A stretch of DNA of 55,869 bases, the filler included, from Platydemus manokwari (taxonomy: Eukaryota), in the NCBI GenBank assembly GCA_037951405.1. It is 5 parts of 5 records of this genome, joined end to end, with 100 filler letters (N's around TTAATTAATTAA, not from the genome) between each part and the next. Parts side by side here need not be neighbours in the genome. Positions count along the whole stretch, not along the records: positions 1 to 8,752 come from JBBMOY011355983.1; positions 8,853 to 23,498 come from JBBMOY011426977.1; 3 more parts are not named here. One strand, 5' to 3'. The position numbers and the translations under genes were made by a program. This document shows positions 1 through 13,721 of this stretch, one piece after another. Every line of letters starts with the position of its first letter. Within the stretch, counting starts at the first letter, position 1. Under the pieces are notes generated by a model that worked only from the letters and a program-made list of their open reading frames with translations, was not told the DNA's origin and did not search any database.

Positions 1-2166
1 ATGTTTAAATGATTTGGTAAAACAAAAACTTTAAACAACTAAAAAACATGAATAACTTTTGACTCAGCCTAATATTCATATTTTCATTGAACTCTCTTTA
101 CTTATTCTATTCTATTGTTGCTACGGACTCCAACTTGTTTTTTATTTTCTGATCTTTTACTCTTTGGTTTATATATTTTATTTTTTTATTTTTTTAATTT
201 TATCTAACTTACTTATATTATAAATACTAATATGACTCTTTATTCTCTCTGTACCTCATAATTATATTTACTATTTACTGAATTTCCGGTTCTATTCTCC
301 GGTATCGCACTTTCTCTTTTTGGTGTACTATTTCTTCTTATCAGTATGTATTATTGTCAACTGATATTCTGTCTGTTTTCAGTTATTGAGCCTTTGCTTT
401 TGGTTCTATGATGTGGTCAATCCTTCTATTTTGTTATCAACGTCTCTTCAGATTAATATAACATTCTCTCTCGTGATGTTCATGGCATTGACACTTTATG
501 ATATTTAGCCTATTTCTTGTATTATCCCATATTCTGTTCCAGGCCTAGCAGGTAACTTCCTGATAATTTCTATTACCCGCCTTCCTTTCCTGATGCCCTG
601 GCCTTTGTTGCGTTTTCACATTTGTTATCCAATCCCTTAATAGATATAAAATGCCTCAAGATCATAGCTTCGCAAATGATCGACATAGCTCTACATAATA
701 TCAGAAAATACTCAGATTTTTAAAATACAATTCCAAGACAGGGGCCCAAACGATCTGTAGAATTGTTAACTTTTGTTGTAAGGTTCTCTAAACTTGATAA
801 ACACAGATCAACTACACAGTCTCAAAGAAGCTAGAATGAATAAAAAACAAAAACTAAAATAGCCCTCGCTAGGTCACAGAAGACAGCAACAAAAACAAAA
901 GAAAATATATCAGATAACCGCAATAGGAAAGTGGAGACAGAATTAATGTTTGAACTAGCGAACAGTAAATCTCACGTAAATCTCATATTTCAATGTATGA
1001 TCATCTCGATAATCGAGGTTTATAAGTATTATAAATTAAAAAGTATTCATAAATTAAATTCAAATCAATTTCAAAACACAACATAATGTTGTTTATGGTT
1101 TACTGTGATGAACGACGAAAGTACACAATGACATTTCTGAATTATTTCCATAAATTTAATTTCAGAATAATTTATTTCGATAAACTTCCATCATGCGACT
1201 TTTTTACTTGAGGTTAGCTGGTAATTAATTTGTATTCTAGAGAAGATTTGAGTTGCTTTTATTTTATTCGTAGATGTTTATTGTTCATTGTAACGATAAT
1301 CACTTTTGGATATTATTTTAATAATCAGTTTGGAGAGTTATTTGCACATACCAAACATACACCCAGATATATATACATAATATTTTAAAAGTATTTAACG
1401 TAATTGAGAGTTTGAAACTATAATTATATAAGAATTTTGAAAATTATAAAAATATTTGAACAAATTTTTTTATTACTATAAAAAACGACTTTATAGTTAT
1501 ATTAAAAAAATTTAAATAAAAATACCACTTGTTTGAATATTGTAATCAAATCTTTGTAATAAATTAAATAATTATCCTTGAATGCTTTGAAGATTAGATT
1601 ATGCGCAGCCATTTAATTACTGTAATTAAAACCATCACAGGTGTTTTTTTGATTTCTCGAGTAAAGTTAATAATAAATAATATGTTTGAAAATGTCTACC
1701 ATTATATTGCAATGTACGAATGTATAAATAAATACTTTTTAATACATAAAACGAAAATTCAAATGCTTCGTATTCAGTAAGTATCAAAATATGTCTGAGA
1801 ATTATTAGAGTAGATATTAATAAAGTTTAATTCATTAACATATTTGTAAAAACCATGGGGAAACATTTTTAATATCACACCCATGAAAGATGTCTACGAC
1901 ATTTGAATCGAAATTATTAAAAGTAATCAGAAATCCTTTAATTTATTTAATAAAAGTAAAAACCAAACACAGATGATATAAAAAATAAACATTACATTTT
2001 GATTAGGAAAAATATATTTACAATGTTTTGTTCTATGAACACAGATCATTACCAGAATAAAAGTTGTACTTATAAACCGATTAGATGATTACAAACGTTA
2101 AATAAAATTTCATGAATAATAAATAACCGAAACTAAATTCTATAAAATTTGTTAAATAAAAGCATA

Positions 2167-3078
2167 CTAAATAAGTGCTGATTTACAAAAGATGCAGTTT
2201 CTAAAATTTTTAAACAACACTAAATACACTACTGGATAAACAAAAGTCACTAATGATGTTATAAATGCACCGTAGTAGTAGCAATATGCTCCTAATATGT
2301 GAGCCGGATTAATCATAGAAACAGATAGTAACAAATAAATACAAGATGCTACGATTCCATATGTAAATGTCGATATAATAGTAGCAATGGAGAATCTTGT
2401 TTTCAGATTTCCTTTTGTTGAATCCTCAACATTTCCAATCAATTTACTTCTCTTTTTAATTTTTCTAAATAAAATTATTGCAGAAATCACATTGAATGTC
2501 ATGAATAACAAAAGAGGTAGAAATGATGTGATCATTAAATTAGAAAGTATGAAAGCGCTTAATCCTTTGGACGAACAAGTATAATAAGTAACATTGAACT
2601 TGTTTATTTCTGGTTTAACATTAACATCTACAATATATGCTTGAGAAACTATTAAAAACAACACTGTTATTGAGATTGAAATACCAATTTTTTTCTTTGT
2701 TATTGATTTGTATTTAAATGGTAACACTATGCAAATAAATCTCTCTATTGTTAGTAAAACCATTGAATAAAAACTAATACTAGAAAATATTCCAAAAAGA
2801 ATTGAACGACGTATAATATAGCAATAAAATATTGCATAAGTTAAGTCAGTAATTTCGTTTTCCCAAAGCAACTGAACTGGAACATTTAGTAATAAAATAA
2901 TATCAAACAATGTTTGAACTCGAATAAGTATAATGGCATTTGCTGATGCAACACGATATTTACACAGAAATATCAAAAGACAAATATTCAATATTAGAAA
3001 TATACCTACAATTATTAATCTCACAATTAAGAAAGGGACACTGTCACCAAGATTTGAAATAATGTTAATCACTGGCAT
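2167..3078 (-). CDS. Intronless rhodopsin-like (class A) orphan GPCR, 303 aa
   Basis: Seven hydrophobic segments; TM1 Asn (ILNICL), TM2 Asp (LFDII), TM3 'LTIERFICIVLPFKYK' (E/DRY variant), Cys in TM3 and ECL2, TM7 'YPVVY' followed by helix-8 'FKNFR'. Confidence 0.88.
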   Translation of the reverse strand: MPVINIISNLGDSVPFLIVRLIIVGIFLILNICLLIFLCKYRVASANAIILIRVQTLFDIILLLNVPVQLLWENEITDLTYAIFYCYIIRRSILFGIFSSISFYSMVLLTIERFICIVLPFKYKSITKKKIGISISITVLFLIVSQAYIVDVNVKPEINKFNVTYYTCSSKGLSAFILSNLMITSFLPLLLFMTFNVISAIILFRKIKKRSKLIGNVEDSTKGNLKTRFSIATIISTFTYGIVASCIYLLLSVSMINPAHILGAYCYYYGAFITSLVTFVYPVVYLVLFKNFRNCIFCKSALI

Positions 3079-5963
3079 GTTACTTACACAATTGAGTTGA
3101 TTGAATGAATAACTTTAGTTATTCCATCATAAATACAAGATTGAATTCAAAAAAATTATGTGACATCACATTTCTATTAGATAAATTTCTTGGAATTCTG
3201 TCCAATTATGTTTAATCAAGAACTTATTTAGAAAATGATAAAAATATTGATGTTTTATGTAGAATCAATAAAAATTATTTGTAAGATAAATTTTCGAGCA
3301 CATTCAACATTAATGACACCACAATATTGTATTTATAAGTTTAATATAAATACAAATCACGATAAAAAATTATTCTGATCTCATAATTATTAATATATCA
3401 CTTTTCTTTTAGAATTATTTTGTTGTTATATCCCGAAGTAATTGTTATTTAAGTTTTCATAAGCCCCAAAGTGTTTTCCAATTATTTTCATTTTTTTATT
3501 TTCTTCTTAATTGTACATTTATGATTTAGTTTTCATGATTGGCACAGAAATATTGAAATTTTTATTCTTCGTTCGTCCTCTTCTTCCTTTTGCAATCCAT
3601 TTCTGAATATGGATATTTAATAATTAATTTTTGTGATTATTTTAAACTGATATTTCAATTTTTTTCTACAGTTTTTATTTGATGAATATTTGTTGAGTTC
3701 TTTAAAAATTATTATTTTATGAAAAAATATAAATATTTATTATTTTATATTAAAATTTAAAAGATAAAAATATAATAAAATAAGATAATGTTCTTAGGAT
3801 TAATAAAATAACCACAATGAAGTAAAGTAAGATCATTTGAAAAGTAAATTATAATCTTCCGTTGAAAACTGAGAGATAAGTTAAGCAAAAATATTTTTTT
3901 AATTTCTTATTAAAAATTGATTGATATATCTATGCTACTTTAGTAGAGCAACGTAATGTGCAATATATAACTTCAATTTCCTGTTTAAAATCGCCTGATT
4001 GATTTTTATCTAATTTTCTTATCATATTAATTAATTACTCCGTTTTAACACTGCATTTATAGATGGGCACTACATTATAAATATCAATATTAATTTTACA
4101 TTGTCACGTTTAAGAAATTGCTAAGACTGATTTTCAATTCAGGGCCAATATTCAAATTCCACACAAGAAATAAATCAGACGCTATTAATAAGAAACAAAT
4201 AACAAGTGTTAATGGATATAAACCATTACTAGCATTAGAACAGAAGTATCAGATCTGAAAGGAAAAATAGAATACGGGAATACAATTAGAATAATTATAG
4301 TCATTTCCACCTACACGATCTTTCTGTTTTAAACAATTACATTGGTTTCAGTCATTATTATCATTCGATATAAATAAACTAGATATAAATAAATAAAGCA
4401 TTATTGCCATATTGACGAGAAAGATAACTAACGTTGCGAAATTTTTCAAGATATTTTATTCAAAAAGTTCCTATATCGGAAGAAACAAGATTATCTTGCA
4501 TGAATCTTTAAGCACTACAATACCAAAAATATATACAAAAATACACAAAATAATTCAGATATTTGATTCAGTAAGATAATATTATTCATAAAAATCGCAG
4601 ATTATAGATAGGGATTTGGAGTTCAAGCAGTAGTTATTTGAATTTTAAGTTGAACATTTTTTCAGTAAAAGTTGCTTTGGAATAATTTGGAAAAGGTCAG
4701 ATGGCTCAGAGAAAAAACATTAGTGTAGAAAGATGTTCTTATCAGATAGATAAAATTGGAAAACAGGAATCTGTCAATATTGTCTTGTAAGTGCTTAGTC
4801 ATTATACACAAGCCAGACGAATGCAATTAATGGCAACCAAATATTGAGGCTTTGAAATGGCTTCCAAAAGGTGCAGGGAGTTGTAGAATGACATCTGAAA
4901 TTAGAGAATATTACACAAATTATTTAGAATTAAAGTGTAAATACATTAATGTTATATATGTTTAATATGTATAAAGGGCTATCATCAATTCAAACATATT
5001 TTATTTGAGTAGTTAATAAGATATATAGTTAAATGGATGAAAGAGAATGCTTGACTTTTGTAGTTCTATGTCAAGGGTTAAACAAATTTAAATTATCAAG
5101 TAAATTATGAAATAATTTGTTAAAAAAAAAGTTAGCCTTATTTAAAGATAAGAATTTTGAAGAAATTAGTTAAGAATGTCAAAAGATAAAAATATGTAGA
5201 CATTGAAGAATTTTGAGTGGGCTAAAAATATTTAATTTAGAAAGAGTTGCTGAAAATGATGATTTAAATACAGCAAATTTTTATATTTGTTAGATACCTG
5301 TATTTGGATAACCCACTCAACATACTTGCATACAACAAATCCGACATATAACACACTTTTATATAACAAACACTTTACACACTAACATAATGCAATACAT
5401 AACTACCACATCACATATGTGCGTAATAAAATCACCCTATAAGTATTACAATCTTGACTGTAAATGAATGTAACCGATTCAGTAAAACCACAACAACTCT
5501 GTCGCATTTCGTCGGTGGGGTTGAATCAATAGATGACAAGAAAATTCGAAATGAAACCAGATGTTAAGGGATGTTTAAAAAGTACGACATCAGGGTGTGG
5601 AGTAACGTGTTGATCAACGAATCTGAAATAGAGATGTTATATGATTTTCGAAGACTCAAGGGAGTGACAGAAAAATACTTCTAAACTGTTTAGTGGATGC
5701 TAAACATTTCTGGTCGACAAATTTGGGGCAGGCTTATTACCAAGTCAAACTAGTTTCGGGATCCCAAGATTGCGCAGCTTTTAGCACAAGAACCGGCCAA
5801 TACTGTTTCAACAGACACCGTTTGAACTATCACAACACCGACAACTTCAAAAGCTACTGCATAAGCTGCTGAATGGATTGATCTTTAATGGCGTTGTGCT
5901 GATAAATGGAAAAACCCGATATTCAGATTAAATAAAAATAAAGTCGGAGACAATGCAGATATA

Positions 5964-6660
5964 ATGAAGACGCTAAGATTTCGAAATGGTGAACCAACCC
6001 CACTTACCAAGGAATTATGGAATAAACATTCACTTTCGAGAATTAAAGATAAGCTGAAGGTGGTCAACAAAGCGCTGATACTGAAGAAAGAGGAAGGTTT
6101 GGGTGCTAAAGTACCGAAAATCTTTCCTGCTCAAATTATCAAGACAGTTCATGAAAAACTTAGCCACTTAGGCTCAAACAAAACCTTCGCATATTTGGGC
6201 GACAGCTTTTATTGGCTCGACAAAGCAATACTGAAAGAATACATTATCTGCGCAAAAAGAAAGGTTGATCAATCCAGAACTAAGGAGGTTCTGCTCCCTC
6301 GTTTAGGCTTTGAGTTTCAACAGCAAGTCGTGGTGGAGATTGCTCAGATGGTTTGATCGATTTGGAAAGTAAAAGTGCATTCTATCTGATAAAGTGAAAC
6401 AATTTGGAGGCAAATTTATTATGAAGGCATGTTCAAACTTAGGACTCAAACAAGAACTCATCTACTATACCAGCATCAATCAAATGGTCTAGCGGAAAAA
6501 GTCATCAGGACGATGCGAGATATGGTAACGACTACCTTAAAAGGCAAAACTCCTGAGAAAAGTTGGGCCGCATTGTTGCCAACATAGAGTTCTGCATCAA
6601 CACCACAACATCAATCAACAACAAAGTTCTCACCTTTCGAGATAATCTATGGGCCCTTTA
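5964..6660 (+). mobile_element. Decayed Ty3/Gypsy LTR-retrotransposon integrase fragment
   Basis: Zn-binding region 'VHEKLSHLGSNKT...FYW'; after stops and frameshifts, hand translation gives 'ILSDKVKQF', 'YQHQSNGLAEKVIRTMRDM', 'WAALLP', 'IEFCINTT' and 'SPFEIIYG', which match the rve core and C-terminal motifs. Confidence 0.85.
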
Positions 6661-8339
6661 TAAATTAACGGATTCAAATCAGACAAAAGTGGATATTCAA
6701 TTCCCTCATGAGATAAAATCCAGACAATTAGAGTGGCTGAAATGATGGAGCGGGCTTTAAGAGGAAGCGCGTAACGTTGTTAAGTAAACAAACACGTTAT
6801 ATTTGTTTAAATAATTCATTGGTGGATTAGTTTAGCTTTTTAAATAAACATTAAGTCTGCGAGAGGGTGATGAAGATCAAGGAAAGACAGGAGTAGGAGA
6901 ACCGAGAAAACGCTTTCATCAGAGAAAAGGCTAAGGCATAATAAGAGAAAAATGAAAATGTAATTAAATATGATGTGTGCATATTTGCGCGCCAAATCGG
7001 AATTTTAAAATGTGGGCGAAAAAGAAAATCAAATTAATAACGTGGGTGAAAAATAAATTAAAATTATCAATGTAGGCTGATTTGTAATAATTTTAAAATC
7101 CAATAGGGAAAAAGAAAATAATTGTTCAGAATCTGTCATTAAAAAAACTACATGAAGAATGTAACAATCAAAAAAACTATCTCACACAAAAAGATTTTTA
7201 TTTGAAAGCACAAAAATTAGAAACAAAAATTCTGCCACTTCGGAAAATTAATAGATAAAATGAATCTATAAACACGAATTTTTATAAGAGTAAAAATTCA
7301 AAGGGTCCGTCCATATCTTAAAATTTACATATACATTTAAAGTTATATATAAAAAAATGAAGTTCGATTTCTGATCCTTCAACTGTTGACTTTCGTTGTT
7401 AAATTGAGTGATTGTGTGAAGTTGAAATATTGACTGGCTAACAAATCAGGTGTGATTGTGAATTTACAGATGATCTATTATAAAAGGGATTTGAAATATT
7501 TCCATTGTAAAGAAAAGTTATAATGTAAATACCATAAACCTTAGTAATACATTATCGGAATCTAAGAAAATAATAGGAAAAAGGTGGGTACCACGAAGAA
7601 GACCTGTATATCGATCTAGTAGAACGATGTTATTATCAGTGTATGAAGTCACTTAAAAACAGTGGAAAAGGCCGCGAGCCATACCAAAACACATCACGTA
7701 TGAAGTCAAAAATGGAGCTAAAGAATTTTCCTAGGATTCTTCAAAAGACCAAAACTTTACCACCAAAGACTAAGGTTCCAAAATTCATTGCCTAAGATCA
7801 TTACAGAAAATGGCAAGAAATGACACACTACTGGAGTCTAATATAACGAGAAAAGTACAAAGATAAATTATTCCTAAAATATGAAAATCCGAGGTTGGAG
7901 TTGGTAACAGTAGACCTCACTCAAGGAGACGAGAAGAATCTTGTAGATCTCACAGAATTCACGGAATTAAGAAAGAATAGAGACAATACATCAAGTAGAC
8001 AGGAGTGATATTAATATCTGATATCTGATTAATATTTTGTCTCTTGATATTATGTAAACACTTCTCATAATTTACTTTGTATTGCAAGATAATTAATTCG
8101 ATAATTTTATGTTTCAGTGTTGTACCCTACCTCCTAAACTTCTAGCTAATTTTCGAGATGATTATTATTCCAGCCTATCAGCTCACACTAATTAAGACAT
8201 AATAAGTTGAAATAATTTTAACACACAAATGAATCATCAATCCTTAAAATTTAGTTAAATTCATGTTTTCATAATGTATTAATATGTTGCTAAGTTGAAA
8301 GCACTGGTAGCACTGAGTCATCATGGAAAAATAATAATT

Positions 8340-8610
8340 ACCACGGGCAAATTTTACATTACCACATCAGCGACGAAATTAACAGAAAATTTGTAATCCA
8401 TCCCACAAAAATCTGGGTATATAAACGCAGTCCGAAATTAAAACATGCGCACAAAAATTTCTTAAGACACTTGACATCAGGATCTATTCACAAATGCATT
8501 CAGGAGAAATTAATTAATTCAATATTGGGATCTATTCACCCAACGCATCTAGGAGAAATTAGTTAACTCGTTATTGGGATTTACTCACCTAATGCCTTCA
8601 CAATAAAACA
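8340..8610. repeat. Dispersed repeat copy (LTR-like, TATA-containing) followed by about three degenerate ~47-bp units
   Basis: 'acagaaaatt...tcccacaaaaatctgggtatataaacgcagtccgaaatt' (8382-8440) recurs near 19377-19436; 'ggatctattcac...gcat...ggagaaatt' units repeat at about 8480, 8528 and 8577. Confidence 0.55.
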
Positions 8611-8752
8611 AATTTAAATTAAATTGTATTCTAACAGCCCAGACAAACCAACCTTCCTATATCGTCTGTATAACTTGTGAGGATTTATTAAAATAATTAA
8701 AAATATTTTTATAATGTTATTAAAAAAAAATGTTATAATTAAAATTTTAATA

Positions 8753-8852
8753 NNNNNNNNNNNNNNNNNNNNNNNNNNNNNNNNNNNNNNNNNNNNTTAA
8801 TTAATTAANNNNNNNNNNNNNNNNNNNNNNNNNNNNNNNNNNNNNNNNNNNN
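8753..8852. other. Assembly linker N44-TTAATTAATTAA-N44
   Basis: Identical 100-nt structure occurs four times; the 12-mer gives stops in all six frames. Confidence 0.97.
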
Positions 8853-10087
8853 TAGGGCTCTTACAGGGAAACCTAAGAGACTTCACCTAAAAAGCACCAA
8901 GCTCTATCTACATAGAGTCAATAAAATCTTTAACTAATCGATAATCAAAATAAACCCCCAAGCCTAGCCTGGTTGTTTGTCTTAATTTATTAAACAACAT
9001 TTTATTGAACATTATTTATAACTTATAGATTGTGATTTATTATTCAAATATATCTTGTATTATTCAAATATATCTTAATAAACTTTAAATAATAACTTGT
9101 TGTTTTCGAAGCATAGTTACACAGCACCTTTGGAGTCAGGTGTTTAAAAACATAAACATAAGCTCATAAGTTGGGAAAAATCAGAGATCGATAATAAAAC
9201 TTATCAACCCCAACAGTATAATCCAATTTATAAGCTCATCTATGTCTAAATTGTAACCTATTTTCAATTCCATAATCTTTCTTCCAATTCTTATTCAATC
9301 GCTAAAAACGAGAGCCGTATTTCTATTATTGTTTCAATGTCAACTCAGTTTGTAGTTGAACAAATAATGGTAAAGCTAATTTTTCATGATTGGTTTAAAA
9401 AACCAATTGAATTGTTTCTATGCTTAATTATGTATTAATATTGAACATTTTTAATTTTAATATCTTTATTTCTTTCATAATTTATTTATTTTGTTGGGAT
9501 CCCCACCCAATGCTTACCACCAATAATATATATAATTATATTCAATATCAAATGTACATAAAAAAATATACATAAGTACCACGCATAGAATAATACAAAA
9601 TAAAGCCTTTCGAAGAACAGAATCCCTTGACTATGGAGACATCAACTTAGCCGAAACCGAATCCTCAATCTAATCTAGCTTGAGTCGAGTCACATTGATG
9701 ATTTGACAATTAATAACTGTTGATATTCACAATTATATTACTCTTGTGTAAAAAACCTTATTGTTATATTGGTATTTGTAAATGAATGATTTTTATAAAA
9801 CATTTATGTATCATCTTTATAAACTTTTATGTATCATGATGTTGACTTTCGTAAACAGTGATTAATTCATGTAATGTAACGGAGCGGGGAGGTATTGGTT
9901 ATTTTGCAAAAACCTTTTGTTGTTTTTTTTATAATACTTGTTCTGTTTCCATTTCAATATTAATAAAGATTTCTTGTATCACGCATTTTGTCTCAATTAA
10001 ATTAATTCAAAGTATCTCAATTACATTCTTATCCGCAAAGGGAATAATTTTTAAAATATATTTAAAGTTACCACGTTATTATAAACT

Positions 10088-10475
10088 AACTCGATTTCAT
10101 TCGAGATTTACGATTTTTCATCGTTTCAGGCTCAGAGCAACATCATTTCTTTTGCGCACAGATCTTCAGTTTAAATTCATGATTTTACCTGTAATTTGGT
10201 TCTCATACCGGTTACTGAAGCCCCTAAGAACCAGCAACATTTAAAATAAATCGACCACCCAATAAAATATTTAATAATTGTATTATCTAAACCATAACTA
10301 TTTAGCAACTCGGTTTCATTCGACATTCACGATTTCGTTTTTTTCAGACTCAGAGCAACGACAGTTCCTCTGAGTAACAGACCTTTAGTCTTCAGCAAAT
10401 AATTTTCCCAGTAATTTGGTCTTCATACCGGTTACTGAAGCCCCTGCGAACCAAAATATTTAAAATCAACCACCA
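10088..10475. repeat. Diverged two-copy tandem duplication, period about 220 bp
   Basis: Collinear blocks 'aactcg.tttcattcga', 'tttcag.ctcagagcaac' and 'gtaatttggt...cataccggttactgaagcccct' occur from about 10088 and again from about 10308. Confidence 0.85.
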
Positions 10476-13368
10476 ACTCGCTCACATATTTAATAAATAA
10501 AATTATTTTCAAGCAATTTCTATTAAATAACAATATCACTATAGCAGAGCCTAGGTTACCACGGCAAAATACAGGTTACTATGACGATACACAGAACAAT
10601 GTGAGAAATAATCAAACATCCAATCATGTAAAGATAGAAATATGAACTCAAGATATCATTTAAAAACAAACCATTATATTATTATAAAATAAATCAATAT
10701 ATCATTACAATATAAGGAAATGCGCAAAACAAAATCAATTATAGTAGCTCTATTAATTATATAACATTGTTGTTGAAACATTGTTTCATCAAAGTAGAAA
10801 TGTTAAGAATGTCATGCATAAAAATCGAACAAAATTTAAACATAAATCCATAATGTATTCAATTTATAAACGCAGAAATGTAAATGAATTTCATTTCGTT
10901 AATGCATAGAAACATAAGTTAATATTGTAAAAATATTAAAGTGAATTCAATATTTAATATAGAGAATGACAAATTATGACTAACTAATATATATTATGAA
11001 CAAAAATATAAGCAATAACAACTAATATTACAAAATCGCAAAAGTTAGCAAAAGAAAAATCAATGCATGGATATTAATCCATTCTCTAAGACGGCCTTCA
11101 GCATTCATCCAAATATTTTAAGTAATTATCTTTCATTTAATTTTGAAATAACATTGAGAAATATTATAAATTTATTATTTTCATCAAAGTTCGAACTGAA
11201 CATTTGACAACTTTCTAAAATCACTTCTCCTATGACCTTTTTTCTAGAGTTGGGCTGTATTAGTACCCAATAATGGTTTTTAAATTTTTCAAGATACTAC
11301 AGTCGTCACACAAAACTTTATGACACTGCACATTTGATATTTATATTTGTTGTGAATAGCGAATAAATATTGTATACTTATTGTTTTATTGATTATATTT
11401 ATATCTACAGTAACAAGTTATGCTAAGACGGTGATAATAGTAAGATATTAATGGAATTAATTCATCCATGCCTTAGGTTCTAGAAGCATAAATAAAATTT
11501 ATCAACTCAAATAATCGACATGCAATTGATTCACAAGTCAAACAATGTCCGATTTAACTGGTATCAAACACAACAAAATATAAAATGATATAGAAAAGAA
11601 TTTGAAGTACCATCTCGAGGAATTGTAAATCGCTCCGGAAAGATTCAAGAAAGAAAAAATTAATAAAAAATTAATATAAGGATCTCAATTCTAAACTAAA
11701 TAATATCATATCAAATATATTAGTCAGACCAAAAGAAAATTAAAAAAAAAATAAAAACCAAGAAACAATACAAATAACCAAAGGATTTGGAAAGGAATTT
11801 TTTGCAGAAAGCTCGACTAGAAAGAAATAACGCAAAAATGAACTGGAATTATATCAATTAAATAGCTAGTTATATATATGAAGTATTTAAAAACAATGAA
11901 GATAAATTTAGATGAAATATTAAAATAAAGCTCCAAAGTGAATGAATAAACAATATGTTTAAAATATAAAATGAAATGAATAATAGCAAATGAAAAATGG
12001 TAGAGTACGAGTATTATTTATTTTGTTTTAACTGAAACTATATAAGACAAATTAAATTAATCATACGATACAAAGTACTCAAACCGATAAACTATAAATG
12101 CGCTCTTTGAAATCTGACAATATAAAACAGAATATATTAGATATAAATGAACAATTGAAATAGTTCAGATAATTAGATAACAGTGGAAAACATTATATAA
12201 TGAACAGCCATGAATATGTAATGGAAAATACAATTAGGACATATGTACTGACTTCTTAGACTTAAAAAGAGTTGCTAATATAAAAATAAAGAAGCTAAAA
12301 CAAATGTTAAAATAACCATGAAAATCAGGATACCACGACCACCTACAAAAATGAGAAATAAAAAATAAACACGTTTTACTAAGCAATAAATAAACAAAAA
12401 AGCAAAGTACGTTTAAAATAAGTACTTGTTGAGTCTAGCTAATGTAGAAAGCAACTATTCGTTAGTTGTCTGACTACAAATAAGTAAACAAGCATGGTAA
12501 ATTTGATTACGCATAGGCCAAGATGTTATGGAAGTTCAATTATCAAGAACCATTTTCCGCGCGAACAAATTCTGGTTATTGGCCAATAAAATATTATAGT
12601 AAATACTCTTACGAAACTTTACTCGGTTACAGCTCCTAGAGTGTGTAAACAATTCCACATTTAATATGTTATAGAAAAAGTGTCTTACATCTTCTCCGGC
12701 TCTGATTATTATCCAGAGTTTGGAATGCTTGATGAATTCTTCGATCCGTCAAAATTAGTAAAATTGTGGTAGTATTTTCATCGTAATTACTACTGATTTT
12801 CCTCGTGGTAAATCAATTATTCTTCCATTTTCTTCTTGTTGAACATGGTAATCAGTCTATCTCGCCTAATCACGAAATTCTACTAATGCAATCTTAATCA
12901 GATTATCTCAATATTTATACCAATTTACTTGCACCAAATGTGTAATAAGCTAATCAATTTTACAACATTGGAGGTCAAATATTATATTTTGATAAAAATA
13001 GACCACATTTATTTATGGAATTTATTAATTATAAGTAAATTTAGATTTTAATTATTAAAATAACATATTTAGACTATTAATATTTATTTATACCTTTGTT
13101 GGGTGCACTCCCCCACATAACAGCGTTCCCACAACATAACACCAAATATCAACACAACAGTCCCATAATATAACATATGAAATAATATAATGCAAACACA
13201 ACTAATACACATAACCTTGCCATTTAACTTGATTATAGACTTAGCCCTATTCAACCAGAATGTACAAGGAGAACAATTCAGTATCCAATTCGTGCTATAA
13301 CTATAAACTGATCCTTGATAAATTGCTTTTAATAGTATTGATAATAAACGATTGATAGTGTAATTTAA

Positions 13369-13721
13369 GGAATACACAAAACAACATTTGCTTTAGCCTA
13401 CTTCGACAAACCAGTACTAATAACATCCACATAAAATTTTAGACGATTTTCAGATGATCCAAATATCACGGACGCGCAATATTAGACGATGTATGTTTCA
13501 ATAACATAGCTCCAGTAAAATTAAATCATTTTTTGACAAAAAATACCAAGCAACAATTAACATCAAAAGGGGAACAACTTATAAACCTTTATAAACCACT
13601 AATAATATACATTAACGACTTCGACAGAATATTACCAAAAATGTCAGTCGAAGAACAAGCAGCAATTGATAGACAAATAACAATTCACTATTTTAATAAA
13701 CACTTATTTAATAAAAAATAA
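13369..13721 (+). pseudogene. CRESS-DNA-virus Rep-like SF3 helicase remnant, copy A (endogenous viral element)
   Basis: Hand translation across a stop and frameshifts: GIHKTTFALAYFDKPVLITST* (degenerate Walker A), ILDDVCF (Walker B), TINIKRG (B'), LIIYIND (motif C), LPKMSVEEQAAIDRQITIHYFNKHLF (Arg-finger region). Collinear with copy B. Confidence 0.7.

Noticed and set aside
4150-5050. Purine-skewed tract suggesting a decayed LINE reverse transcriptase (similar tracts near 11600-12330 and 30480-30720)
   Set aside because: Only faint motif echoes; no diagnostic motif could be reconstructed reliably.
8797-8808. Palindromic TTAATTAATTAA repeated four times between N runs
   Set aside because: Artificial six-frame-stop linker. 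It also means cross-linker neighbourhoods, such as the viral relic next to the GTPase-kinase gene, cannot be treated as a linked system.
9858-10244. 128-aa ORF and many other 60-99-aa AT-rich ORFs
   Set aside because: No motifs, low-complexity F/I/L/K/N composition, often non-ATG starts or overlapping real genes in antisense.
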